Virus record (IMG/VR): IMGVR_UViG_3300034059_000003
Location: 1 to 64,000 of that record
From: a virus
Taxonomy: Duplodnaviria; Caudoviricetes
DNA length: 64,000 nt
Direction: 5' to 3' (one strand)
Both the position numbers and the translations under genes were made by a program. Positions 31,301 to 38,552 of the stretch are shown here, one piece after another. Below the pieces are notes generated by a model that saw only the letters and a list, made by a program, of their open reading frames with translations, had not been told where the DNA came from and did not search any database. Each line of letters opens with the position of its first letter. Position 1 is the stretch's first letter.

Positions 31301-34300
31301 GATCAGATATCTTCAAAGGTTCTTTTACATATTTCTCCTTTGTTATATTCAACTCTTCTCTTGATAATCCTTGTATATCACTACCTGCATTACCCCAATC
31401 AATAAGAACCTGTTCAATCTTTGCTATATTCTCCTGATCATCAAGTCTCTTTGATTCCTTATCAATAAATGAACTATAAGAAGGAAGTTCGACACCAATA
31501 GCTTTTGCTTCTTCTTGCATGTCTTTCCATACAGTCTTAATGTAATTGATATATTCAGATGTTGAGGTTTCTTCTGCAAAAAGACTTTTACTTTCTGATG
31601 ATATAACCACACGTTTCTTTCCATTACGAAAGAGATTTGTTTTATGTGATATAGAGAATGGTAATTTATTATTTGCTCTTGCAAGAACATTCATTCTTTT
31701 CTGCACTATTCCTTCTCCGGCGATCAAACCAGTATCATAAACATATTCCTTTTCATCTTCATTCTTGCGGTTTGTCATTAAGATATAACCACCATTACTT
31801 TTTGGATGCTCTTTAAACTCATAACTCGTATTCGGATCAGTCTTCTTATTCTCACCGAGATACTCCCACATTGCGTCTTCATCAATAACTTCTTTCTTTG
31901 TCCTGCCCGGACCATAGAAAGCAGGTATCAATGTATTGGATAAGTCATATAATAAATCAAATTGCTCTTTCGTTAATATAGGAAAACCTCTTTCATCTCT
32001 TTCTTCGAGATAAGTATTGTATGAATACCTATTTACTTTTGCCGGAACAATTTCATCATCGATAACATCAAAGTTTCTCTTGAACCTTTTTATCAATTCG
32101 TTGGTTTTTGGATCTCCCCAGGTACCAATACCTTCAGATTCGAGTTTCTTTACCGTATCTCTGAATTCAATTATTGGTTGTAAGATACTGTCAGTATTTC
32201 TTATCTTCCTTGCATTAAGACGGATAAATTGACTCTCAGCTCCTTCTTCTTTGCCGGCTCTCATAGTCTTACGTTCAATATCAAGATAAGGGACACCGGG
32301 AGTATGGTTACCAAGACGGTCATCATTACGAGCATATATCTTAACTGAGAACTCAAGATTTTCATTGGCAAATGTCTGTTTGACTTTTGATATTAATGAA
32401 GAAAGAAATCCAGGTCCGGAAGAAGTGATATCATCTGAATATTTATATGAAAGAGGTTGTGCTTTTTGTATTACTCCTTCAGCAAGAATAGTCGGTCCAT
32501 CTTTTATCTGAAGAATACCGGTATTACCTTGAGATAATCTGTTTGAAAGTTCCTTACCATCTTGAGTTTTTGCTGCACTCATCTTATATAATAAGGTTTT
32601 ACCAAAGTCAGTTGATAAAAGCTCTTTCTCTGAGAGAACACCTATCACACTCCATAAATCATTCTCAAGAGGTGTATCATCAATATTAAGATGTTGTCCA
32701 ATTATATGAACTTCATATTTCTTAACATTGGCATTCCAAACTTTGATGTATTTTACTTTTGATCCTGTTCTTACTGGAGCCATTTTAATTTCTTCCCATG
32801 ATTGGGAAATAGGTTTTATTGGATAGTAAGATGGATATTCTACATCATGATATTCAGTATTACCAGATCCTACCTCAACAAAAGTTGCATTATCTGTTGG
32901 AGTATTCTTATCACTCAATGGTTCTTCTTCTCTTGCATCAGTCTCACTTTGTTGTGAAGCGATATCTGAAGGATCTCCTTTTTCAATATTGACGATCTGT
33001 GGTGTAGATATCTTAACACCTTTCATGTCATCTCCCAAAATATTCAACTCAAAGGCAAGACGGTTGGTATATTCCTGAGCAATTTCTTTATTACGAGATT
33101 CATTATTCTCTTTCTTTATTTCGTCAATAGTATATTTCCATGCATCAGGATCCATGTATGACTTGATGAAGATATATGATCTGGCCCGGGACAACGCAGT
33201 GTACATTCCCTCGTTGTATTTCCGATTAAATTCAAAGTCAACTGGATTTATATCGATATAAACTTCATCATAAGAAAGACTTGCAACTTCATGATAAAAC
33301 ATTACAGGTACACCTGTCTTTTCATACTGTCTTTTAAGAACAGGATTACTTACAACAACCACCCGGCTGCGATTATTATTTTTCTTATGAACCTCAAGTT
33401 GGTCAAATAGTCTCTGTTGTATATTGGATACATGAACACCATCAGCCGGCGCACCAATATCTGCAGAAGCTGTACCAAGAAATGACTTTATTTTACCTGG
33501 ATAATCAAGGAATGAATTTTGTGCATGCAATACGGATGAGTTACCGCTACGGAACACAGAAGTCAAAGGATTAAACTCACGAATATTTGACATCTCATGC
33601 CTGAAAGAATTTATTGCGGGAAATGCATCATCAAGACTTGCTACTTGTGAAGGATCTCCGAGAACATATATTCGTATTGGAATTGCCCTTGTTTCATTTG
33701 CTGAAACAATTCTTTCGGCAAGAGTATGAAGTTCTTCAGCATTTAATCTGGCAACCTCATCTATTATAACAAGTTTATTGTTTTCATCTTTCAACATCTC
33801 ATCAGTAAGATTACTAACAAGCATTGAGTTCTTCACTCCAGGAAGACTTTTCTTTAAAACTTCAAGAGCATTTTCATGTGTTGATAAGGCAATAAGAGAT
33901 TCATGAGATATCCCAAGTAAATCAGGAAGATAGTTTGCCATTAGATCCGTTTTGCCAGTATTATGAACAATAAAATCATTAGCAACATAGTTATGATAAG
34001 GAAATTGCATTATTATATCATATGTATCTTCATATTTATACTTTTCTATTGATATTATTTTTTCTTCGATAATTTTTGAAAATCTCATATTTGTTATATT
34101 ATTATAACCATGTAATTTATCGTGTTCTTGTTTTGTTATAATAACAAGATTATCTAAATCATCATTTATGGGATTTTCATCTTTATGATGAACAATTAAT
34201 TTTGGATCAAGAAATTTATAAATAGATGAACTATTAGAATTAGTTTTTAATTCATTAATAAATTGATTTACACCAATATTATTCATTTTTGCTTCAACAA

Positions 34301-37300
34301 CTAATCTACAATATGGGAGTCTACCATAATCTTTATTATTAACTATTTTAGTATATTTATTTGGATGATAAATAATCCCATAAATTATTTTTCTTCTTAA
34401 TCTTTTTGAAAGGTCTCGACCAGTTCCTTTTTTAAGGTCACGAAGAAATACAATATCACCAATTTTTAATTCTGATAACTTTTTAAAACCATCAACACTT
34501 TGTCCAATGGTTCCTTTAGGAACTTTAAATGGATGTTCTATTGTAACACATATATTTCTACCAGAATCTACTGTAACTTTATATGTTTGTTTTTTACCAC
34601 TATAAATAATATCTATAATTTTATTATATCCAATATAGCCATCTAATAAACTTAATGTTTCAATTGGAATAATTTTATCCCAAGGTCTCCCACTTATTCC
34701 TTTTACTTTTATATTATTAAATTTATAATAAGCATATTTAACCGAATTGATTCTACCACTTACTCTATTTTTTGTTTTAAATGGTAATAATACATCCCCA
34801 GACAAACAACCGGCCAATCCTTTTATATAATACCATCCCCGAAACTTTTCTTCTTTCTTTTCTATAGGAGAATTCATTTCTACAACGGCCTCTCTTAATG
34901 TGATATGTTGTTGATTGTTTGGAGATAACTTTTTCTCTTTTATAACTGCAGATTCAAGACCTATCATTTCCTGAATAGTAATCTTAGACGTAAGCCTGTC
35001 TTTTAACCTTGATAGACCCATAATCTCGATATGCGCTTTTATAAGATCAGAGAAATCATCTTTATTTATATTTGGGTATACAAGATCAACATTATTTTGA
35101 ACAGCATCGAGCAACTGGAACACATCTTTATTACGGAAGAATCTATCAATAGGACTTATCTTTTCTGTCTGAACACGGAATCTATCTATCTGTATTTCTA
35201 TTAATCTATCAAAAGCACGAAAAGGACTTTTCTTATATGCCTTAAGGTCATCACTGACACCAGATGTTATTCCTTTCTCTTCAAGTTTTGTCCACTTAAC
35301 GTAAACATCAATAAAATTATTAATTTTATCAAACTCTATTTTTTTAAGGAGATCAGATAGTCTCTTAACTCCATTATTTGCATCTTTAACTCTTGATATT
35401 ATCTTCTCAATAAATATTCCATCAAAAGAATAGTCTGTTTCATTAAAGAATGCCGACTTAGCAGTCTCAAGAATATTGTCGAGTTCCGTCTTTCCTATAA
35501 TTTCTGAGACAGCATTAAATAAATCCTGATTGTATACAGAATAAGATTTTTTTTCACGATTAATTGATATACCAATAGCATTGAAAAGAGATCCGGAATA
35601 CGATAACCTTGTTCTTTTATCAAGTGATTTTCTTGATTCTCCATTTTCAAAGGCCTTATTTCTTATTGCCTTTAGTTTTGGGAGTACTTCATCAATTGAT
35701 TCAATATATCCTTTAAATTCACTTGTTGTTAATAGTTTCTTTCTTCCTGGTAATGAATAAACTTTTTTCCTGTCTTCGAGTTTTCTCAAAATATCATCAA
35801 CATCATCAACCTGATCAAATACATCTTTATTACCATTATATGAAAGAAGAAGATCTTTTGCTTTATCTACAGGAGTATCTGCAAATTCACGTTGAAATTT
35901 GCGATATGCTTTTCTACGTGATGACATCTGTTTTTTATCTGTCTTAAATTGTTGGCCAGATTGTTCTGACATATTTTTTATTTCAGATAAAGAATTCTCA
36001 GCATCAGTTTGATCCTGACTCTTCTGTATATAATTATCTAACCAAACCTGGTCCGATTCTCTTTGTTTTGGATTAAAGTTAGAATTTGGAATTTTATTCC
36101 CGGTAGGAAATCCATCTACTGTTTCCCATACTTCTTCTGTATTGGTATTAAGTCTTTTCTGTCTTTCCGGAACTTGTTTTGATGCACGATCAACAGATTC
36201 GCGTCTCTTTGAAATAAGATTACCAACTTTATCAATTTCTTCTGCAGAATAAACTATTCCATCAGAAAGATGTGATCTTATAGTCCCAATAATATCTGAA
36301 AGATTCCTCTTGCCTTTTGCAGCATCTTCCATTGTATTATTAAGTTCTGCTTTCTTATACGCTGCCTTACCTCTATCAAAATAATAGTTATACCTGGCAC
36401 CAAAAACATTCGCAGTCTTTGTCCCATTGGTTACAGACTGAGAATATATTGGAGAGAATGGATCTTCGGGACCTTCAATATAAAGAAACTCATCCCTATC
36501 ATATTGTGCTTTTAATTTATCATTTGATGTTGCTTTTGAATCCTTATTTACTTCTTCAAAGTTCTTAAGAACATTATTATATTGATCTCTCTCAAGTTTA
36601 AATTCATCATAAAGTTTCTCTCTTGTCTTTTTGTTGAGTAAGTTATCAGATAACTTCTTACTATCAGCAATTAATCTCTTTACATCTTCTTTCTGTTTAT
36701 CTGATAGCTTTTCATTAGAGAGATATTCTTCATACATATTTCTTTTTACTTCTTCAGCAAAAAGAGTTTTCATTGCTACCTGTTTGAATTGTGTTTTAGT
36801 TCTATCACCGGAAAAATCTTCAGCATCAGAAACCTGAGTCCTTGCATTTTCAAAAGCCTTCCTTATTGGTGTAAGATCGGATTTTGTAAATTTCTTATCG
36901 TAACCAAGTTTTGCAAGTTCTTCAGGTATTTGTAAATCTCTTTGTAATAAAAGATCATCAACCTCATCAAGTGAACTCATTAAATCATCGGTTGCATACC
37001 AATAATATAATCTTGTAAGAGCATCATTATTAATTGTATTTAGATGAAGATCATCGGCATTTATCGTTGCAACCATTGCCTCATCATACAGAAATTTATC
37101 ATTGACTGTATGCATAAACATACGATTGACGGCATCAAGATCCACTTCAGTCTTACCATTTTTATTGTAATACGATTCAACATCTTTTTCAACTATAGAT
37201 CCATCTGGTTGTGTCTCTTCTACTTTATTGACAAATTTCTTATATGGTTTGGTTACATGATCAACATACCATTTATCATAACCACTCATATTCCTTTTAA

Positions 37301-38552
37301 GATGATCATAAAGTTCTTCTTCTTTTTCTATCTCAGCTTTTTCTCCTAATCCTTCTCTATATCCTCCAATGCTACCAAATAAACCTCCAACTAAAGAACC
37401 AAGAACAATATTCTTTTGTCCTTCTGTTGTGAATAGATTATCAACCCATTCTGAAGCAAGACCAAGAGTATAGTCATCAAGATCCTGACCATATGATTCT
37501 TTTTTCTTGTTATATGTTTGTAGTGCATACTGCATTCCTTCTTCCCAAGGACCTTCAGTACTCATCGCAAGACCAGCATCAGTTAATGATTTTTTGAATA
37601 GGTTTATATCTTCAGATGCAATTCTCCCGGACCTTACGCCGGCTCTTAAATCTTCCGCAGTCTTTCCAACCCGACCAAACATAAATCTACTCTGTATATA
37701 GTTTGGAACAAGAAGAACACCAAGATTACCATTGAATACATTCGCAGCGCCTTCAGAAACTTTTGATTTTACCTTATCCTGTGATGCCGGATCAAGATCA
37801 GTATATTGCATTCCATATTCATTAAATGCAAGATTATTCCGTTCTGTATCTTGGAAATCTTTTGCCTCAAAACCAGCCTCTCCAATAGAGTTTAATACTG
37901 TAGATCCATACACCTTTGCTTTTTGTACCATCTGTGCAGTTAAACCAAAAGCCTTTGAAGATGCCGACGCAAGGGCACCAACGCCAGCGCCAGTTATATA
38001 TGCTGATCCAAGAAAAGCAAGAGCATCAAAACCATCATCAAACCAGAATCCAGGATCTTTCATCTGTTGAAGAAGATTGCCATTACGACCTTGCCATGTT
38101 CTATATATTGGAAATTTCTCTCTTAATCCTTCATCGGCTTTACTCATTGCATTAACAAAACCATTATCCCAAATGACAGATGGATCGGCTGTTTCTGGAT
38201 CAGAGAGATAGTCAACACCAAATGATATAGCACCGCCAATATGACCAATATTCTGACCAACCTTGGGAACTAAACTTGCCCCACGAGAAACAAGACCACT
38301 TGTGAATTTACCAAAGAAAGGTTGTGCTGCAGCGGACATACTCTGTTCATCCCATACTGGTTGACCTTGACCGACAAGTTTTTTATATGGAGTTCTCCAT
38401 GGTTCAAAACGAAAATAACCGTCACCGGTTGTATCTTTCATAATATCTGAATCTATTTTCGGTTGTTCCTTTACTGGAAGATTTGATGAATCAAGTTCTG
38501 GTGTAGTAAATGAATCTTCATCAAATCCAACCCAAGTTCTTTTATTTGCCAT
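19395..38552 (-). CDS. Giant virion (ejected) polyprotein: SF1 helicase (intein-split) + zincin + two-barrel virion RNA polymerase + zincin + PD-(D/E)xK nuclease
   Basis: One uninterrupted ORF (~6,385 aa from ATG38552, MANKRTW). RNAP motifs WDGQGF, GFRIP and GSDFDVDSL; helicase motifs I-VI; HEAFH and HEMIH; GGTMDAL..IKDWKSG. Confidence 0.88.
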   Translation of the reverse strand: MANKRTWVGFDEDSFTTPELDSSNLPVKEQPKIDSDIMKDTTGDGYFRFEPWRTPYKKLVGQGQPVWDEQSMSAAAQPFFGKFTSGLVSRGASLVPKVGQNIGHIGGAISFGVDYLSDPETADPSVIWDNGFVNAMSKADEGLREKFPIYRTWQGRNGNLLQQMKDPGFWFDDGFDALAFLGSAYITGAGVGALASASSKAFGLTAQMVQKAKVYGSTVLNSIGEAGFEAKDFQDTERNNLAFNEYGMQYTDLDPASQDKVKSKVSEGAANVFNGNLGVLLVPNYIQSRFMFGRVGKTAEDLRAGVRSGRIASEDINLFKKSLTDAGLAMSTEGPWEEGMQYALQTYNKKKESYGQDLDDYTLGLASEWVDNLFTTEGQKNIVLGSLVGGLFGSIGGYREGLGEKAEIEKEEELYDHLKRNMSGYDKWYVDHVTKPYKKFVNKVEETQPDGSIVEKDVESYYNKNGKTEVDLDAVNRMFMHTVNDKFLYDEAMVATINADDLHLNTINNDALTRLYYWYATDDLMSSLDEVDDLLLQRDLQIPEELAKLGYDKKFTKSDLTPIRKAFENARTQVSDAEDFSGDRTKTQFKQVAMKTLFAEEVKRNMYEEYLSNEKLSDKQKEDVKRLIADSKKLSDNLLNKKTREKLYDEFKLERDQYNNVLKNFEEVNKDSKATSNDKLKAQYDRDEFLYIEGPEDPFSPIYSQSVTNGTKTANVFGARYNYYFDRGKAAYKKAELNNTMEDAAKGKRNLSDIIGTIRSHLSDGIVYSAEEIDKVGNLISKRRESVDRASKQVPERQKRLNTNTEEVWETVDGFPTGNKIPNSNFNPKQRESDQVWLDNYIQKSQDQTDAENSLSEIKNMSEQSGQQFKTDKKQMSSRRKAYRKFQREFADTPVDKAKDLLLSYNGNKDVFDQVDDVDDILRKLEDRKKVYSLPGRKKLLTTSEFKGYIESIDEVLPKLKAIRNKAFENGESRKSLDKRTRLSYSGSLFNAIGISINREKKSYSVYNQDLFNAVSEIIGKTELDNILETAKSAFFNETDYSFDGIFIEKIISRVKDANNGVKRLSDLLKKIEFDKINNFIDVYVKWTKLEEKGITSGVSDDLKAYKKSPFRAFDRLIEIQIDRFRVQTEKISPIDRFFRNKDVFQLLDAVQNNVDLVYPNINKDDFSDLIKAHIEIMGLSRLKDRLTSKITIQEMIGLESAVIKEKKLSPNNQQHITLREAVVEMNSPIEKKEEKFRGWYYIKGLAGCLSGDVLLPFKTKNRVSGRINSVKYAYYKFNNIKVKGISGRPWDKIIPIETLSLLDGYIGYNKIIDIIYSGKKQTYKVTVDSGRNICVTIEHPFKVPKGTIGQSVDGFKKLSELKIGDIVFLRDLKKGTGRDLSKRLRRKIIYGIIYHPNKYTKIVNNKDYGRLPYCRLVVEAKMNNIGVNQFINELKTNSNSSSIYKFLDPKLIVHHKDENPINDDLDNLVIITKQEHDKLHGYNNITNMRFSKIIEEKIISIEKYKYEDTYDIIMQFPYHNYVANDFIVHNTGKTDLMANYLPDLLGISHESLIALSTHENALEVLKKSLPGVKNSMLVSNLTDEMLKDENNKLVIIDEVARLNAEELHTLAERIVSANETRAIPIRIYVLGDPSQVASLDDAFPAINSFRHEMSNIREFNPLTSVFRSGNSSVLHAQNSFLDYPGKIKSFLGTASADIGAPADGVHVSNIQQRLFDQLEVHKKNNNRSRVVVVSNPVLKRQYEKTGVPVMFYHEVASLSYDEVYIDINPVDFEFNRKYNEGMYTALSRARSYIFIKSYMDPDAWKYTIDEIKKENNESRNKEIAQEYTNRLAFELNILGDDMKGVKISTPQIVNIEKGDPSDIASQQSETDAREEEPLSDKNTPTDNATFVEVGSGNTEYHDVEYPSYYPIKPISQSWEEIKMAPVRTGSKVKYIKVWNANVKKYEVHIIGQHLNIDDTPLENDLWSVIGVLSEKELLSTDFGKTLLYKMSAAKTQDGKELSNRLSQGNTGILQIKDGPTILAEGVIQKAQPLSYKYSDDITSSGPGFLSSLISKVKQTFANENLEFSVKIYARNDDRLGNHTPGVPYLDIERKTMRAGKEEGAESQFIRLNARKIRNTDSILQPIIEFRDTVKKLESEGIGTWGDPKTNELIKRFKRNFDVIDDEIVPAKVNRYSYNTYLEERDERGFPILTKEQFDLLYDLSNTLIPAFYGPGRTKKEVIDEDAMWEYLGENKKTDPNTSYEFKEHPKSNGGYILMTNRKNEDEKEYVYDTGLIAGEGIVQKRMNVLARANNKLPFSISHKTNLFRNGKKRVVISSESKSLFAEETSTSEYINYIKTVWKDMQEEAKAIGVELPSYSSFIDKESKRLDDQENIAKIEQVLIDWGNAGSDIQGLSREELNITKEKYVKEPLKISDLNNLLSFDNAGVHKTLTLPLKMSGIYGVNELGKNINSNLEQLEDILGTKLEDIIRTRIQIKLDEPISKEDAKKDSIKKGFENTYDKIQEKIKNRKKRLMRATPGMDLGKELTLSEARSLLAKFIPSITTQGKDVIHFAEKIVIDEIAGDNAYGVFHDEVIWAMEKNGSTFEKIIRHEAFHKIFNEYITKNEQDLIVKSFKKQFPEYKDKGIIEIEEQLAIKFQDYQSKKLSRINEVLKRFFNWLASTFGFINLNLKNFDRFFETIESGYFITTKENSAGITRSMKNIINLYGNDNDDFQGALETYRNARAIIQQEFYDVYEKGFAGYPITRREVKDITIGNLKNDHLIIKDNFDNMIVQQDLAEGEILNIARELRYYGKAIENYDRIIEDLYPNWSLDEADEIVVNMDISTEEILVQYEEDDETDGGISQHTIESDEVNWEVKKQSMAVKDFLSNIPIDNNRFMNWREAYVRTLQLFEGLQPENDRFIDQLRKAWENLGKHHRTEFLLNKIIELHTIASGNIYGERGETLGNNMKFVTEDMFVISDEELVNVYGEAGAMQNGATVDKRRSNESTREFIIRIAKTNNVSEEEIIGHFKKFQAIDSYKSLVNLFNNQKQKNLYIIEKTHTSGGTYAVGYIPGSYIGPHKSIGSLLNENIRNYFPDKRSLEKFVKDWLRPNIEKYKSNPYEFIKVFLKEMGMGSIANSIPNTNVQQIYYDVEGFFTRPGSGAIYRIGEVEEITDEDTGEVMKVPMTIGLLLDEEGKMSGNLSKLMSVSSAYVRATSVRDVKGKRKYIWSPTSWANNILFNIANNKILKTGNLTLSLPQYLTTEYFKKNIFLSGKNKIHDIVDSDGIKFKDYTGKITGIKQSKENEGDFILRGFVAGFLDRIRYSKSGHERYFQFVYPNERENVFGAEVNVLTHAEIRVAISEAIRQFNSEPVLSGIKQNNTGRFINFRLLEKALKGRDIVAKPLSETEIDKYSQVVESLLSEEAKKLAERVIRNRVPLDKEIFSNKNLEKIVSPDKVDLDSFRNSKHYGRSESRSMKPDGSYNWTMEQILPLTHSFIANNYVNSFFLNQIILGENNQFVNEEDVMRRFSLATAPGSKGLVNKTFGMKEKARFLVIEDQIKGFKDIEARLDAVLKTDEEKAKLPILMEKFKENINIWDGQGFMTPERFEELRNGGFATEFSLHKILKPVVYSVSEEGVARGIKYSSIVLSDELIEEFPSLGILLANMRRNNADEAVFRSAIKIGIPESAAPFESVLSENYAADPSMLFDINNDQYRIQMDPKSKISGKTSQPSQLIYLASVLSQNTKRADRIYYHLSELSRLGNELFFSKFNDERSIKTNITSLLRGKGNENTHDILSSEISINFPSIVDKVIIALSSHLKDSIVEFDFPGSKLVLQSEFGVRKYGLPVSDGPKNKLKYIRTDTGRMVAECIIPEGLLPKEYEDSIKQALAEGKNAEDYFDLPDLLGFRIPSSDIHSAVAIKVVGFYKTPNINVIIAPDLLVGLHGSDFDVDSLFIIKRAKNKRGEYIGYKEKKGRMTFIRNTKDFEDIYEEIGFRKNAVIHELLDLVSNQENIESMLSPIPLKEIMDQKTRVLNPNYRPRENKLDLSNYNDQIDTHSTIFGAAVATGVFGNAAKTLAYMMRTGENQSNPKLRDENNIVRIRDSKGELRIYDELTLFDNTGQSLFVSIDGFINAAIDNIKMLALPTLNINMRTIHAFISLRTLGINLTDTVDILQQPAILDYANGRSFDMIKKQIVEKLSGYEAVESEINPQNISTGIRSGNSIDDYDNAISEDGKKNNKAAKALMFQMHIIETFQNMTNVGNSIGKLAQWLKIARTLPVTKNDIDKIKNVATELFGVIEEDGTLPAFGVSSFPFDISEFFLKSKHILQIYKGVRQFDELLTSSIKKYYPEFEDIVNQAYRQLGKFGLNEVEGKSVIRDELINYLMSNEIFSGEYKIEKDVSFEYTVGDEKRILTGPKAVNQIFIGKITALKNYINKERTEDGDPISNTFIERLGQSYNSVTKTYELTFEGGSNMDQMDILDARNGFFELNKYEVSWNKKTGKYTVKKNTEPKSNSDYSDLQREFVSYGIMNWGLKFGIMNYSTILPENLYYSVDNLLNKLMDKFTGDKYEENWSKIQDDFMVQLVLNNSEMIPDIFRTLGKPIKKGSFVNEYGQTLPFYGGKTNEYFYDRSYSNPDQKEMPRFIVSSYAGVKRIYLRLNNAIDPIVYYQVVDRSSTIKFYNTSDEVLENGFDINESFKNNGIYNVRVADFNTKEFEYYGSGLKEGDIVSLTQFHDVTRVNKQYCKIIKKLDNSYIIRPVKEAITKHSYDKFTMATEHVIIDLKTRMLKHGTPFRNDNKGRGRILYGKHSTNEAREFKSKINNEEFGGIQVLRERLWYDGIQIYVDVNALHSFFLKANESNIKSYFETNNISDTDQEVIYGSKQFLKNIKEDNITEEIESVQKLYSEEESISTLIDNMILRSKSKRRINLLTTLKDRIVKQGMTIKFGELSGIGRYGEYSVDGSIVLDLVNLYIHNGPIDIDQVDKILFHEMIHGITVTGMLENESFSKDILKLINEYFDVDQTTGQLIVKPFAKKTVDKFLSENGYPQDINSISSMNLLGMKNQFEFIAEILSNDEFAKMIDSLKRSQEERSLLKRILDKIMEFISLAKEFSNDLLQIILNSPHTPSFTKEGILYRSQSGNYYKDTKLGYEVEVEVGIRNDSDTTRKNILDLADNIKENAKKIKVEKLPDGTEGQFYIVEGMAKKIRRITNYAGGFISMFTNKKIDPNITFGQHLADVKWGDRTHDHKLLTEQGNMEDYDQYKDRMELNSKLGQIKGNILHLFLKRTANRLFHLGEKDEDILKEINNVASRGEGKTPIEHYSWIEDPEVLRKVFKHAGVNVLSKDIPEALRDIIYLPEVTIWSDLLGFGGTMDALIGHADGRWSIKDWKSGNAFGIKTTMEPMMYGLQDTYISDNQRERAKLQVMIYAFLLKLQYPDIKFRDLMTVWIPNQFLGEKEDMDRFVEVSSYLNMIKAFLNDREALKNAGIDENVYQKIVEKSPKIFSISEYTDKANDSLFESLVNSKFSPEEEYRKRVDEIRLILGRLKERRQIRIEELPEDTRKRLAQLYEEIAIMRADPSMQLDVSPNEDIGIVTEWLGNYSDVNMGVFQTWVKVRNGEWNKYTMKHEDDLSLVNKYIEPILDKYMKGKIRIRRGGVDRVANINYAELYHFAFIEEEKTGYIRERLVIPTDPQWNTLTEEQKKLLTWLNQKFASWFIGPNAFFNQIATKIEGKELTWLDLFNLDRTANDKMVYYDGWFPKVMKTLEEVNYEEGARILNKQVGRGDIFGANIVGRFSIKNIKERAMRGLTWYVEDTFEAYNDVRMSIPIKYLDNFVINNSKNYTHNLAFMFDAFNKSSLHKQYMEPVFHIGQALKIFLQMKKHGNGQPMFENTVGFLEKKLIGDIQNHVVRKKYTRLPITIGRIADPFTGEKKTFNVDLDKIVEQLINWTSATVMWLKPFQGGGNGLQAKLLTYRDALKGTIASKFAHIDGDAIDFTLSDNTFADKIYFGDFTKDAMFGDLNKNKMWLLSKKLNYLPDNYDYATNRRFLLSTRNLSVSKSSMYFFHSKAEEYVSLTTMVAQLHHLKNPKTGKSLWDSYDVVKDESTGIYDVKWVGGIRGQEKTGKGNVAVYSNITELTTHEIAKLKKVHERMQGGYRKEEAANLEIFVMGKAMIQFKKYFLRLLMNALGSKREEVDLGTYKKMDETRIDPNTGEKIEVYEWLRRSNEGRWRTLINFVLSFINMSGKEYKWSALTTEQKQNLIDAMITINSFGLFYGLYLAMFGDEDDDDTFKKWWFNYLVMNLSQQYNPLDMLQIAQTSTQPVALARMYKSTQGLTNMMVATGNLLIGSDPENSFTQDGELKGWNEVMRSIPYLSSFHDFASKMKGGAITEQWWVDKWENQWK
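22420..22780 (-). other. PD-(D/E)xK nuclease domain within the giant protein (approximate bounds)
   Basis: KGNILH (motif I), PEVTIW (E), GGTMDAL (D), IKDWKSG (DxK), QVMIYAFLL. Confidence 0.7.
23622..23636 (-). other. Zincin motif HEMIH (second metallopeptidase-like domain)
   Basis: KILFHEMIHGIT followed by NQFEFIAEILSN (third-ligand Glu region). Confidence 0.7.
26748..26762 (-). other. RNA polymerase catalytic motif DFDVD
   Basis: GLHGSDFDVDSLF is a variant of the DxDxD loop of two-barrel RNAPs (DFDID in crAss-like virion RNAP), preceded by GFRIP. Confidence 0.85.
30762..30776 (-). other. Zincin motif HEAFH (first metallopeptidase-like domain)
   Basis: KIIRHEAFHKIF followed by EIEEQLAIKF. 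Confidence 0.7.
33180..34830 (-). other. SF1 (RecD/Dda-like) helicase domain within the giant protein, interrupted by an intein
   Basis: KGLAG|TGKT (I), LVIIDEV (II), VLGDPSQ (III), SVFRS (IV), degenerate motif V (YHEVASLSYDEV), MYTALSRA (VI). Confidence 0.8.
33960..34808 (-). mobile_element. 283-aa intein with HNH homing endonuclease
   Basis: Block A CLSGD (Cys1 at 34806-08), block B VTIEHPF, block F TYDI, block G IVHN|T. Internal IVHHKDENPINDDLDNL..ITKQEHDKLH. Visibly more AT-rich than its flanks. Confidence 0.92.

Noticed and set aside
38542-38552. Programmed frameshift fusing the 773-aa protein to the giant protein
   Set aside because: The 11-nt overlap is ordinary translational coupling; there is no clear slippery heptamer or downstream structure.
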